Shown here piece by piece: positions 50,907 to 63,055 of a stretch of 64,000 nt of DNA. Each line of letters begins with the position of its first letter. Within the stretch, counting starts at the first letter, position 1. The notes below the pieces were generated by a model, which was not told where the DNA came from, did no database searches, and saw only the letters and a program-made list of their open reading frames with translations. The DNA is taken from the NCBI RefSeq assembly GCF_006345805.1, contig NC_043003.1:13454001-13518000 (forward strand), read 5' to 3'. Made by a program: the position numbers and the translations under genes. Source of the DNA: Octopus sinensis. Taxonomy: Eukaryota.

Positions 50907-51035
50907 CCGACCCATTTTGAAACGTGGACCGAGGAGTCCCAGTCAACTGCGGGTCGTCGGAGCCTTTCACTTTGTGAACTTTGATAGCACAGTATGAAGA
51001 CAGAATGGTCATGTTTGGAGTGTCTTTGACCACGT
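50907..51035 (-). CDS. Candidate internal coding exon (129 nt; alternative acceptor at 51054)
   Basis: Acceptor CTCTGCTTTATCAG, donor GG|GTATGT; GC/CpG-rich unique sequence; open frame VVKDTPNMTILSSYCAIKVHKVKGSDDPQLTGTPRSTFQNGS; protein not recognised. Confidence 0.5.
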
Positions 51036-51629
51036 CTGATAAAGCAGAGCTGACCTGGTGTTAACAAAATATTCTATCTAGATACTTCAAGAACATAGAT
51101 TGAAGCAGTTGGTAAGTTGTGTATCAATCCTTTCTACTGGACACACAAGGCCTCAAATTTGGGGGAAGGAATTAAGTCGATTTCATTGGCTCCAGTGCAT
51201 AACTGGTACTTACTTAATCAACCCCGAAAGGATGAAAGGCAGAGTTGACCTCGGTGGAATTTGAACTCAGAACATAGTGGCATGCAAAATACTGCTAAGC
51301 ATTTCACCTGGTGTGCTAACAATTCTGCCAGCTCGGCACCTTTAAGTTGTATCAATAACATCAATGTAGACGAGCAATCCTTGACCTGAATTAGGGGGTG
51401 AGGTCATCATTATTTAATGTCCATATTTGACAGGACCCAATGAGTCCAAGAGCTGCGGTAAGCTGCAGTATTTGCTTCGACATGGTTTCTATGGCTCAAT
51501 GCTCTTCCTAATACCAGCCACTTTTCAGAGTGCACTGGGCGCTTTCTTTTCATGCCACCAACACTAAAGAGATGGCCATGTAGTTAGCAAGGCTATAAAC
51601 CCTGTTATACATACATACATACATACATA

Positions 51630-52177
51630 CAGGGTCGGTCAAAAGTCACCTGGCAGTAAATCAAAACCATTTAATTCCAAGATTTATTTATGTTTAACTT
51701 AACAACTGCATGCATTTAATAAAAGCATTTAAATATGAAACATCATGAAAATAGTTCAAACTGAAGTCCTTCTTGAGTGACACATTTTTCCATTCGAGTC
51801 AATCTTCTTCTTCTTGTCTTGAGACAGCATTCACCTGGGGTGGGTTGAGCTGGCTTCATTCATCCTCAATGCTGCATCTCTCACAAATGCCGACCAGACC
51901 CGGCGATTTGAGGCTAACGACCACGTGATCTCCAACCACTCCTTATTCCAGCGGTGAATGCTGTAGATATGGGGGCCTAGGTTGGGTTCCAGTTCAGCCA
52001 TGACTGTCTTCAGCCAGGTTTTTTGTTGTCCCCCACATCACTTTTGCCAACCCTGAAGGGGAGCTGGGGCAATTGCTTCAGCTCCCCTTCAAACATTCAA
52101 AAAACATTCCTCATTCGAGTCAATAGTATTTATGGAATTTTGATTTACCATCGGGTGACTTTTAGCCAACCCTTCTA
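51630..52177. mobile_element. Tc1/mariner-type MITE
   Basis: Imperfect ~38-bp TIRs CAGGGTCGGTCAAAAGTCACC...GTAAATCAAAA; TA flanks. Confidence 0.75.
51804..52111 (-). mobile_element. Second RTE-like LINE family 3' end nested in the MITE
   Basis: 13-bp TSD CATTCGAGTCAAT (51791-51803, 52112-52124); (AAG)n tail; encodes GQQKTWLKTVMAELEP. Confidence 0.75.
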
Positions 52178-52359
52178 TACATGTCAGATTTGTTCACCAT
52201 CTTGACAGATATCTATTAACAATTGAGCTGTGGTCATGTTAAGAGTCAATATTAATTTGAAATAACTCCTGACACAGCATTAATCTGCCAAAGATTACAT
52301 TATTTTTGTCCTCATCACATTACCTACTTTCAATTCTAATTTTAATTGATACTCTTTTA

Positions 52360-52760
52360 CTCTTTTACTTGTTTCAGTCATTTGACTGCGGCCATGCTGG
52401 AGCACCGCCTTTTAGTCGAGCAAATCGACCCCGGGACTTATTCTTTGTAAGCCCAGTACTTATTCTATCAGTCTCTTTTGCCGAACCGCTAAGTCACGGG
52501 GATGTAAACACACAAGCATCGGTTGTCAAGCAATGCTAGGGGGACAAACACAGACACACAAACATATACACACACACACTTATGTATATATACATATATA
52601 CGATAGGCTTCTTTCAGTTTCCGTCTGCCAAATCCACTCACAAGGCATTGGTCGGCCCGAGGCTATAGCAGAAGACACTTGCCCAAGATGCCACGCAGTG
52701 GGACTGAACCCGGAGCCATGTGGTTGGTTAGCAAGCTACTTACCACACAGCCACTCCTGC
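52360..52760 (-). mobile_element. SINE family B
   Basis: Full-length reverse-complement match. Confidence 0.85.
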
Positions 52761-52870
52761 GTTTGTGTTTCAACTCAGTTTTTTGCAGTTTTTAGCTGTT
52801 TCCTTTGCCTTGCTTAGGTTTTTGTCAATCATGGTTCAGCATTATTTACTGCTTCTAAATATATAGCTTC

Positions 52871-53367
52871 GTGGAGGCGCGTTGCTTAGTGGTTAGGGTG
52901 TCAGCATCATGAACATAAGATTGTGGTTTCAATTCCTGGACTCAGTGATGCATTGTGTTCTTGAACAAAACACTTCATTTCACATTGCTCCAGTCCACTC
53001 AGCTGGCAAAAATGAGTAACGCTGCAATGGACTGACATCCCGTCCAGCTGGGGAACACAAACGCCATAGAAACCGGGAAAATGGGCCCATGAGCCTGGCT
53101 AGGCTTTAAAAGGGCGCATTTATTAGTGGAGGCATGTGGCTTAGTGGTTAGGGTGTCAGCACCATGATCGTAAGATTGTGGTTTCGATTCCTGGACCGGG
53201 CAACGCGTTGTGTTCTTGAGCAAAACACTTCATTTCACATTGCCGCAGTCCACTCAGCTGGCAAAAATGAATAACACTGTGATGGACTGGAGACCTGTCC
53301 AGCTGGGGAACACATACACCATAGAAACTGGGCCCATGAGCCTGGCTAGGATTTAAAAGGGCGCATT
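52871..53367 (+). mobile_element. Head-to-tail dimer of a SINE-D-related element
   Basis: Two units starting GTGGAGGC(G/A)(C/T)GT(T/G)GCTTAGTGG and ending AAAAGGGCGCATTTAT. Confidence 0.82.
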
Positions 53368-53819
53368 TATTTACTGCTTCTAAATATAGCTTCAGTGTTG
53401 GTAAAATAACTCTGCTTACTTCTGTGTATGAATGAGTATATAGAGCACACATTGAAATCTTGTGTGAATTTTCCATTTGTTTCTTTGTTCCAAGTGAAAT
53501 TGTAGTCGTGACCATTGCTAATGCCATGTAAATAGCACCTGTGAAATCACTGTTGTTGCCGTTATCATGTAAAATGGCACCTGTACCTGTGGCATGTAAA
53601 AAGCACCCATGACACTCTTGGTGTGGTTGGCATTAGGAAAGGCATCTAACTGTAGAAACCATGCCAAATCAGACTGGAATCTGGTGCAGCTCTCTGGCTT
53701 ACCAATTCCAGTTAAACTGTCTAACTCCTGCCAGCATGGAAAGCAGAGGTTAAATGATGATCATGATGATGATATAGTGTATAGAATGGCTTATAATCCA
53801 AGCTGTCCTCTCTTACTCT

Positions 53820-53862
53820 CTCTCTCTCTACATATATATATATGTGCATGTGTATATATATA

Positions 53863-53895
<33 letters not shown>

Positions 53896-53910
53896 GTGTG
53901 TGTGTATATA

Positions 53911-53943
<33 letters not shown>

Positions 53944-53956
53944 GTGTGTATATATA

Positions 53957-53997
<41 letters not shown>

Positions 53998-54010
53998 GTG
54001 TGTATATATA

Positions 54011-54063
<53 letters not shown>

Positions 54064-54080
54064 ATATATATACATATATA
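53820..54080. repeat. (TA)n/(TG)n microsatellite
   Basis: Dinucleotide mosaic. Confidence 0.95.
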
Positions 54081-55625
54081 TTCTCTTCCTCTTTTTTATC
54101 ATTTCCCCCCTTTTCTCTATCCTTTTTATCCCTCTATCTCTCAATATACTCCTGGTTAATTCTTAAATTACAAACTGTAGCATCATCCAGTGTAATGAAC
54201 CACAGATAGGAGATACCATAAGTGTTTTCTACATGTATATACCTCAGAACTCCTATTCTGTAATAAAACACGTGTAACATGCAATTAAAAAAATACCGAG
54301 TTTCTCAGTCCTTGTTTTAAAATATATATGTATATATATACACATATAACTGGCTTCTGAGTGTCCATGTACACACTTACACACACACATGCAAGATGGC
54401 CTTTCTGTCACCAACTCTTATCTGCTTTTCAGGCAAAGGATATCTTATTTCACACACAAAGAAAAATAAAACAGCTACAAAGCCAACAGAATAGCCATTG
54501 AGAGCAATATTATTTATAGGTGAGAAATTTTTGAAGAAGAGCAAATATCAACACACACACACACACACACAAATGCATATATATGGCCATCACTTTAATG
54601 TCCACTTTTCCAAACTTGCATGGGTTGGATGGAGTATACGGAGGCAGATTTTCTACAACTGGTTCTCCTTCTTGGATCCTAACCCTTACCTGTTTCCAAG
54701 CAAGGTAATATTTCTCATAGCTAGACGTGGTTTTACTGAAAGCTAGAAATGACAGTCATTTACAATAATCATACAATGTCAAGACAAAAGAACAGAAACG
54801 TACATATATATCATCATCATCATCATTTAACATCTGGTTCACCAGCCCTCAGTCAAAATCATCCAACCCATGCTAGCATGGAAAGTGGACGTTAAACGAT
54901 GATGATGATAAAGATATATATATATATCACGTGTTCACGTGACCGACCAGACCATCAGATGTTGTAACACATCGCTGGTCACAATGCGTTTGCATTGTTT
55001 TAGCCTTCGAATGACGCCACCCCGCTGGCTAAGCAAGCAGGCCAACTGAAGAAAGAGTGGGAGAAAGAGTGGTGAAAGAGTACAGCAGGGATCACCACCC
55101 CCTGCCGGAGCTTCGTGGAGCTTTTAGGTGTTTTCGCTCAATAAACACTCACAACGCCCGGTCTGGGAATCGAAACTGCGATCCTTCGACCGCGAGTCCG
55201 CTGCCCTAACCACTAGGCCATTGCACCTCCACATATATATATCATCATTTAACGTCCATTTTCCATGCTAGCATGGTTGGACGGTTTGACCGGGATCTGG
55301 GAAGCCAGCAGGCTGCGCCAGGCTCCAATCTGATCTGGCAGAGTTTCTACAGCTGGATGCCCTTCTTAATGCCAACCACTCCGTGAATGTAGTGGGTGCT
55401 TTTTATGTGCCACCAGCACAGGGGCCAGAGGAGGCTGGCAAACGGCCACGATCGGTTGGTGCTTTTTACGTGTCACCAACACGAACGCCAGTCAGGTGGC
55501 GCTGGCATCAGCCACGTTTGGATGGTGCTTATTACATGCCACCAGCACGAGTATCTTAACTACAATTTCCAGTTGATTTTTATTTTGATGTTTATACATA
55601 TATATATAATTTTTTTTTTATAATA

Positions 55626-55815
55626 AGATAAAAAACCCAAGGCTGAGAAGATTTTAGAACATTTATAGATAGGTCTTACAGCTTTTTCAAGGATATTTAT
55701 TATATCCCTTCACACTGTCACCAATGAAGGGATATAATAAATATCCTGGAAACAGCTGTAAGACCTTCTATCTATAAATGTTCTAAAATCTACAAAGCCT
55801 TAGTTTTTTTTATCT
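55626..55815. repeat. Fold-back with a decayed hammerhead at its centre
   Basis: Arms of about 85 bp; right arm CCAATGA-A-GGGATAT-AATAA-ATATCCTG-GAAA-CAGCTG-TA-AGAC. Confidence 0.8.
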
Positions 55816-55992
55816 CGTTACAAAAAAAATTATATACACACGCTGACATATGACCAATGTTGAACCCCTTATTCACAAAATCACCAAACTTGGAAATTAA
55901 CTATGGTCTGTCTATAGCACTTATTCAGCATTACCTGGCACCTTTGGGTCTCAATGACACCATTACCTCTCATAACCTATATATTTATATAT

Positions 55993-56390
55993 ATAGGCGC
56001 AGGAGTGGCTGTGTGGTAAGTAGCTTACTAACCAACCACATGGTTCCGGGTTCAGTCCCACTGCGTGGCATCTTGGGCAAGTGTCTTCTGCTATAGCCCC
56101 GGGCCGACCAATGCCTTGTGAGTGGATTTGGTAGACGGAAACTGAAAGAAGCCTGTCGTATATATGTATATATATATATGTGTGTGTTTGTGTGTCTGTG
56201 TTTGTCCCCCTAGCATCGCTTGACAACCGATGCTGGTGTGTTTACGTCCCCGTCACTTAGCGGTTCGGCAAAAAAAAGACCGATAGAATAAGTACTGGGC
56301 TTACAAAGAATAAGTCCCGGGGTCGAGTTGCTCGATTAAAGGCGGTGCTCCAGCATGGCCGCAGTCAAATGACTGAAACAAGTAAAAGAG
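55993..56390 (+). mobile_element. SINE family B
   Basis: Near-consensus copy with (AAAGAG)n tail. Confidence 0.88.
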
Positions 56391-56825
56391 AAAAGAGAAA
56401 GAGAAAAGAGAAAGAGAAAAGAGATAATGTGACCGCGTGTGTACCATTGGCGATTTTTTTTTTTTTTTTTTTTTTTCCTCTGTCTTCCCTTCTCTGGATC
56501 TTTCCTTCTCCTATGTTTCCGATGAAGAGCTCCACTCGAAACATTAAGCCCTCCTTCTTCCCTTCCTTCCTGAGCGTCCAATAATACTATATTTGTTCCA
56601 CGTCCTCGCGTTGTTGTGTTTTCCTGTTTGGATTAACTATATATATATATATACAAATTGAGATAGGGGTTGTAAATGCAACCCTCCATGGGATAAGATA
56701 TATCCAATATACTGCTAGTGAAGTACCCAACAAAGTTAATACATAAATGTTAAGGATTGCGATGCAATCAATTCATTTACTGTATTATATGGGCAAAGGT
56801 AAAATGATTTACCACAAATTACTAA

Positions 56826-57172
56826 TACAAGATAAGAAAATGGAGAAATACATCTAAATCAAATATCAATTACACGATAATACTCAATCACATACTTTAT
56901 TAAACCACCACATAAGAGACTGTAGGGTTACATATAAAAAGCAGAACAAATCAGTGTACATTTTATATTCTCTTTTATATATATTCTACTTATTATACAA
57001 CATTACTCTTTTATGTACACTTTTTTATGTACACTACTGTATGTACACTGATTTGTTCTGCTTTTTATATGTAACCCTACAGTCTCTTATGTGGTGGTTT
57101 AATAAAGTATGTGATTGAGTATTATCGTGTAATTGATATTTGATTTAGATGTATTTCTCCATTTTCTTATCT

Positions 57173-57176
<4 letters not shown>
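56826..57176. repeat. Inverted repeat, 136-bp arms, 79-bp spacer
   Basis: 56826-56961 is the reverse complement of 57041-57176; no mismatch noticed by eye. Confidence 0.92.
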
Positions 57177-57213
<37 letters not shown>

Positions 57214-58167
57214 TAACTATATATATACACTTATATAGGCACAAGTGTGGCTGTGTAGTAAGGAGTTTCCTTCCCAACCATGTGGTTCTGGGTTCAGTCT
57301 CACAGCATGGTACATTGGGTGTCTTCTCCTAAAGCCTCGAGCCGACCAAAGCTGTGAATAGATTTGGTAGATGGAAATTGAAAGAAGCCTGTCGTATATA
57401 TACATGTGTGTGTGTGTGTGTCTGTCCTCTACCACTGTTCAACAACAGGTGTTGGTGTGTTTACGTCCCCATAACTTAGTGGTTCAATAAAGGAGACTGA
57501 TGGAACAACTACCAGGCTTAAGAAATAAACACTGCAGTTGATTCATTCAAGTAATATTCTTCAAGGCCATGCCTCAGCATGGCCGCTGTCTAATGACTAA
57601 AACAAGTAAAAGGAATAAAAGTAAAGAACCCTGAGCAGACAGGCCTATAATCAAAGGATTCCCAGCCTTGACCACCTCATTTATTTTTTTCTTCAGATAT
57701 GGTATTCCTAGAGCTACATCAACTAATGTGTCTCCTCTTTATAAAGACAGTTTAATTTGAAGTAAATTGGTCTCTTTTGCCGAACTGCTAAGTTATGGGG
57801 ATGTAAACACACCAACACCAGTTGTCAACCAGTAATTTTTGGGGAGGGGGAGCAAACAAATACACACACACACATATATATATATATGTATAATAATAAT
57901 AATAATAATAATATGAGGGAATATTATTCCAAACTTACAGGGAAAAATTCAATTTAGAAATACTAAATCAAATTTCACAAAATATAATATATATAAATTA
58001 TAAAAAAATATATATACGTTTTATTTATTATTTTGCACATTACTTAATCATCGTTATATGTTTTATCTTATATTTAATCTTTCTCTTTCTATAATATGTA
58101 ATTTTTTTCTAAATGGTATAATTTAATTTTTCATTATTGAATTGATAAAAGGTGTTTTTTTTTCTAA

Positions 58168-58213
<46 letters not shown>

Positions 58214-59751
58214 ATGGACTTCTTTTCAGTTTCCGTCTCCCAAATCTACTCAGGAGCCTTTGGTTAGCTCAGGGTGCCATGCAGTGGGACTGAACCCAGA
58301 ACGATGTGGTTGGGAAGCAAGCTTCTTACCACACAGCCATGCCTGCACCTATTCTTACTACATATATATATATATATATAAACATAGACACATAGTTGCA
58401 CAAGGCTATTTTTTAGTTTATGGACTGATTGCTTATTTCTTTCCTAACCAACGAGCTTCATTATCTAAGCTTAACTATTTAGCATTCAGATACTTGAGTC
58501 AAATATAATCTGTGCTTATTCATGTTTTGAATTAATTGTGCATTAGCTCATAGCTTTGAGATTTCTTTGATGTGATTGTTCACATAAAACAAGTAGAATA
58601 AAAAACAAAATATTTTTTTCAAATTTTTTTGCACAAGGCCATCAATTTTTAGGGGAGGGGAAAGTCGATTACATGGCCTCCAATGCTCAGCTAGTACTTA
58701 TTTCTATCAACCCCGAAGGGACAGAAGGCAAAGTTGACCTTGGTAGAAATTGAACGCAGAAAATAAAAATGGATGATATGCCGCCAAGCATTTCGCCCGG
58801 TGTGCTAATGATTCTGCCAGCTTGCCACTTTAAAAGAAAAAGGATTAAAAACAAACATTTTATTACTATCACTCATAACCACTGATGTATGTTTGAAGCT
58901 AACCCACACTAAAAACTATATATTTAACCTTTTAGCATTCAGATTATCTTGCCAGTGCAATTGGCACGTAAAAAGCACCATCCGATTGTGGCCGTTGCCA
59001 GCCTCGCCTGACCCCGTGCCGGTGGCACGTAAAAAGCACCATCTGACCGTGGTCATTTGCCAGCCCCGTCTGGCAGCTGTGCCCGTGGCATGTAAAAAGC
59101 ACCCACTACACTCACGGAGTGGTTGGCATTAGGAAGGGCATCCAGCCGTAGAAACATTGCCAGATCAGACTGGGCCTGGTGCAGCCTCCTGGCTTCCCAG
59201 ACCACAGTTGAACCGTCCAACCCATGCTAGCATGGAAAGTGGACGCTAAATGATGATGATGATGATGATGATTATTTGCACTTAATCAAGCATTATCTCG
59301 AAGCTTCAAAATTACTAAGATGTGCATTATTTATATTTGATGGATATTTGTCATCTTGTTTGTTGTAAACACGTTTTGGCTGAAGGCCTTCATCATTTGA
59401 CTGCAGCCATGCTGGAGCACTGCCTTCACTCAAACAAATCAACCCCAAGACTTATTCTTTATAAGCCTAGTACTTATTCTAGCAGTCTCTTTGCCTGCCA
59501 AACTGCTAAGTTACGGGGATGTAAACACACCAACATCGGTTGTCAGGCAATGGTGGGGACAAATACAAACACACAAATATATACATATATGACGGGCTTC
59601 TTTAATTTCTGACTACTAAATCTACTCACAAGGCTTTGGTCAGCCTGGGGTTATAGTAGAAGACATTTGCCCAAGGTTCCACGCAGTGAAACTGAATCCA
59701 GAACCATGTGGTTGGTAAGCAAGCTGCTTACCACACAGCCACTCCTGTACC

Positions 59752-59785
<34 letters not shown>

Positions 59786-61057
59786 TTTAACTTGACCGCA
59801 GCCATGCTGGAGCACTGCCTTGATGAAATGTTAGTCAAAAGAACTGACCCCAGTACTTATTCTATTGGTCATTTTTGCTGAACCGCCAAGTTATCGGGAT
59901 GTAAACACAGACACACACACATATACATATGATGGGCTCCTTTCAGTTTCCATCAACCAAATTCACTCACAAGGCGTTGGTTGGCCTGAGCCTATAGTAG
60001 AAAATACTTGCCCAAAGTGCCACACAGTGGGACTGAACCTGGAGCCATGTGGATGGGAAGCAAGCTTCTTACCACACACAGTATATATATGTTCCATCTC
60101 AATTTCTACATATAAGCATCTAGTACTTACATCAAGTGGATTACCAACCACACTGAACTAGCATGCCAAATGGCTGAGTACTCCACAGACATATGTACCA
60201 TTACCATAATCCTTCAATAAAATTAGCATGACACAATTATGTAATATGGATGGAGTCTGGAATACCAAATATAGCCCATCCGACAGGTATCTAAGTACTT
60301 ATCCTCAATGTATTTCCACTCAACATTTGGTGCTGCCTAGAGATTATGGTAAAGACACTTGCATAAGATGTTACAGAGTAGGATTGACCCAGGGACCTCA
60401 TGGTTGTGAAGCAAAGTTCTTAACCATTCAGCTAAGTCCATCTCACAAATGCACACACCCATACATAGAAATATATGATGTAAACCCAATATGCATATGC
60501 ATGGGCACAAACGAATAACAAGCAGCAATGGTAAGGTGGGCAAACTGGCAGAATCGTTAGCATGCCAGACAAAATGCTTGGCAGCATTTCGTCTGTCCTT
60601 ACGTTCTGAGTTCAAATTCTGCCGAGATTGATTTTGCTTTCATCTTTTCGGGGCCTGATAGAATAAATTAGCAACTGAACACTGGGCTCAATGTATCCAA
60701 TATACTTGCTCCCTGCAAATTATTGGCGAGGTGCCAAAATTTGAAACCAACATCCTTCAGTTGTGTTCGGAACTACGAGGGAGGGGACGAGAGAGAGAGA
60801 GAAATGAGTTTTTTAAATGTTGCATCTTTTTTTCTTTTTCTATCATATTCTTATTGGATGAATTAACTTAAAATATTAGAACCAATAATAATCTTTTGTT
60901 TTAGACACAAGACCTGAAATTTTGTGTAAATGTGTGTGTGTTTGGGGTGGGGGTTACAGTTAATTGCATCAACCCCAGTACTCAACTGATACTCACTTCA
61001 TTGATCTCGAAAGGATGAAAAGCAAAGTCAACCATGGTGGAATTTGAACTCAAAGCA

Positions 61058-61430
61058 TAGGCGTAGGAGTGACTGTGTGGTAAGTAGCTTGCTTTCGAAC
61101 CACATGGTTCTGGCTTCAGTCCCACTATGTGGCACCTTGGGCAAGTGTCTTTTACTATAGCCTCGGGCTGACCAAAGCTTTGTGAGTGGATTTGGTAGAA
61201 AGAAACTGGAAGAAGCCCATCATATATGTATGTTTGTGTTTGTCTCCCCAACATCGCTGAGCAACAAATACTGGTGTATTTACGTCCCCGTAACTTAGTG
61301 GTTCGGCAAAAGAGACCAATAGAGTAAGTACTAGGCTTACAAAGAATAAATCCTGGGGTCGATTTGCTCGACTAAATGCGGTGCTCCAGCATGGCCACAG
61401 TCAAATGACTGAAACAATTAAATGAGTAAA
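61058..61430 (+). mobile_element. SINE family B
   Basis: Full-length match. Confidence 0.82.
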
Positions 61431-61907
61431 AGAATAGAGATGGGCGAAACACCTCTAAGCATTTCATTCAGCGTGCTAATAATGATTCTCCTAGTAATAA
61501 TTGTGTTATAGTTATGTCAGTCTACGGCCCTACCACCTACTCTGGAGCCATCACCATGCTGCAGGTGTGGCTGCATGATTAAGAAGCTTGCTTCCCAACC
61601 ATATGGTCTTAGGTTCAGTTCCACTGTGCAGATCTTTTAGCAAGTATTTTTTTACTTTCTACTATAGCCCCAGGTCAACCAAAACCCTGTGGATTTGGCA
61701 GATGGAAACTAAAAAATAAAACCCTTCATATGTGCATGTATATATATATATATGTATATAAATATATATATATACACACACACGTCTGTGTTCCATATTG
61801 TTATAATTATTGCTTATATATATATAATAAATATTAGGGAATAAATCCAAATTTACAGGGAAAAAAAATCAGATTTAGGATTAAATCCAATTTTATAGTA
61901 AAATATT

Positions 61908-62170
61908 ATATAATATTATTAGAGACAAAACCACTATTTTGCAAAACAAACAAGACTTAATCAATACATAAAATTTTAATAAAAAGTCAAAAAAACCGCC
62001 ACTACAATTGTTTCTTGTCCTGATCGACAATCTTCAGGTGGACTTCCAATAAGTCAGTTTCAAATTATGACAAGAATTGTAGTGGCGGTTTTTTTGACTT
62101 TTTATTAAAATTTTATGTATTGATTAAGTCTTTCCTTGTTTGTTTTGCAAAATAGTGGTTTTGTCCCTAA

Positions 62171-62182
<12 letters not shown>
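61908..62182. repeat. Fold-back with ~100-bp arms centred on a hammerhead
   Basis: Arms about 61908-62010 / 62075-62182. Confidence 0.88.
61999..62041 (-). ncRNA. Apparently intact minimal type I hammerhead ribozyme
   Basis: CCAC-CTGAAGA-TTGTC-GATCAG-GACAA-GAAA-CAATTG-TA-GTGG; perfect stems I and II, canonical core, GUA triplet, palindromic stem III ACAATTGT. Confidence 0.88.
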
Positions 62183-62208
<26 letters not shown>

Positions 62209-62250
62209 CACACACACACGTCTGTATTCCATATTGTTATAATTATTGCT

Positions 62251-62745
62251 TAACCCGTGGCCTTCTACATGGGATGGAGCCAGCCTACGTATGCATACCT
62301 TCCCTTCTTGGGACACAAAACTCTACTTGTGAAGACGTGATGAGGCAAGTGAGGATCAGAATCGAAATCGATCAATGGAAATTGCGGATGTGCTACCAGT
62401 GCCGGTGGCATGTAAGAGAACTTTCCGTTTCGCGACCGTTGCCAGCACCACCCCGTTTCGTGTCCGTTGCCAGCCTCGCCTGGCCCTCGTGCCGGTGGCA
62501 CATAAAAAGCACCATCCGTTCGTGGCCGTTTGCCAGCTCTGTCTGGCACCAGTGCGGGTGGCACGTAAAAAGCACCCACTACACTCACGGAGTGGTTGGC
62601 GTTAGGAAGGGCATCCAGCCGTAGAAACACTGCCAGATTTGACTGGGCCTGATGAAGCCTTCTGGCTTCACAGACCCCAGTAGAACCGTCCAACCCATGC
62701 TAGCATGGAAAACGGACGCTAAACGATGATGATGATGATGATGAT
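62251..62745 (+). mobile_element. RTE LINE long 3' UTR fragment
   Basis: Internal GGCA(C/T)(G/A)TAAAAAGCACC sub-repeats, (GAT)n tail, flanked by ATTGCTTA. Confidence 0.85.
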
Positions 62746-62764
62746 TGCTTATATATATATATAA

Positions 62765-63055
62765 TGTGGAGGCACAAGGCCTAACGGTTAGAGCAGTGAA
62801 CTCACAGTCGAGGGATCGCGGGTTCGAATCTCAGGCCGGGCGATGTGTGTGTTTATGAACGAAACACCTAAGCTCCACGTGGCTAAGGCAGAAGGTAATG
62901 GCGAACTTCTGCTGACTATTTCACCACAACTTTCTCTCACTCTTTCCTGCCGCATCTTGCAGCTCACCTACTATGGACCAGCATAACATCCAGGTGGGGA
63001 ACTTATACGCCAAGGAAACTGGCCCTAATGAGCCAGGTGTGGCTTAAGAAGGAAC
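62765..63055 (+). mobile_element. SINE family D-related
   Basis: tRNA-like head GGAGGCACAAGGCCTAACGGTTAGAGC...GGTTCGAATCTC. Confidence 0.75.

Noticed and set aside
62628-62652. CTGATGA-AGCC-TTCT-GGCT as a hammerhead
   Set aside because: No GAAA; other copies of this RTE 3' UTR read CTGGTGCAGCC, so this is chance.
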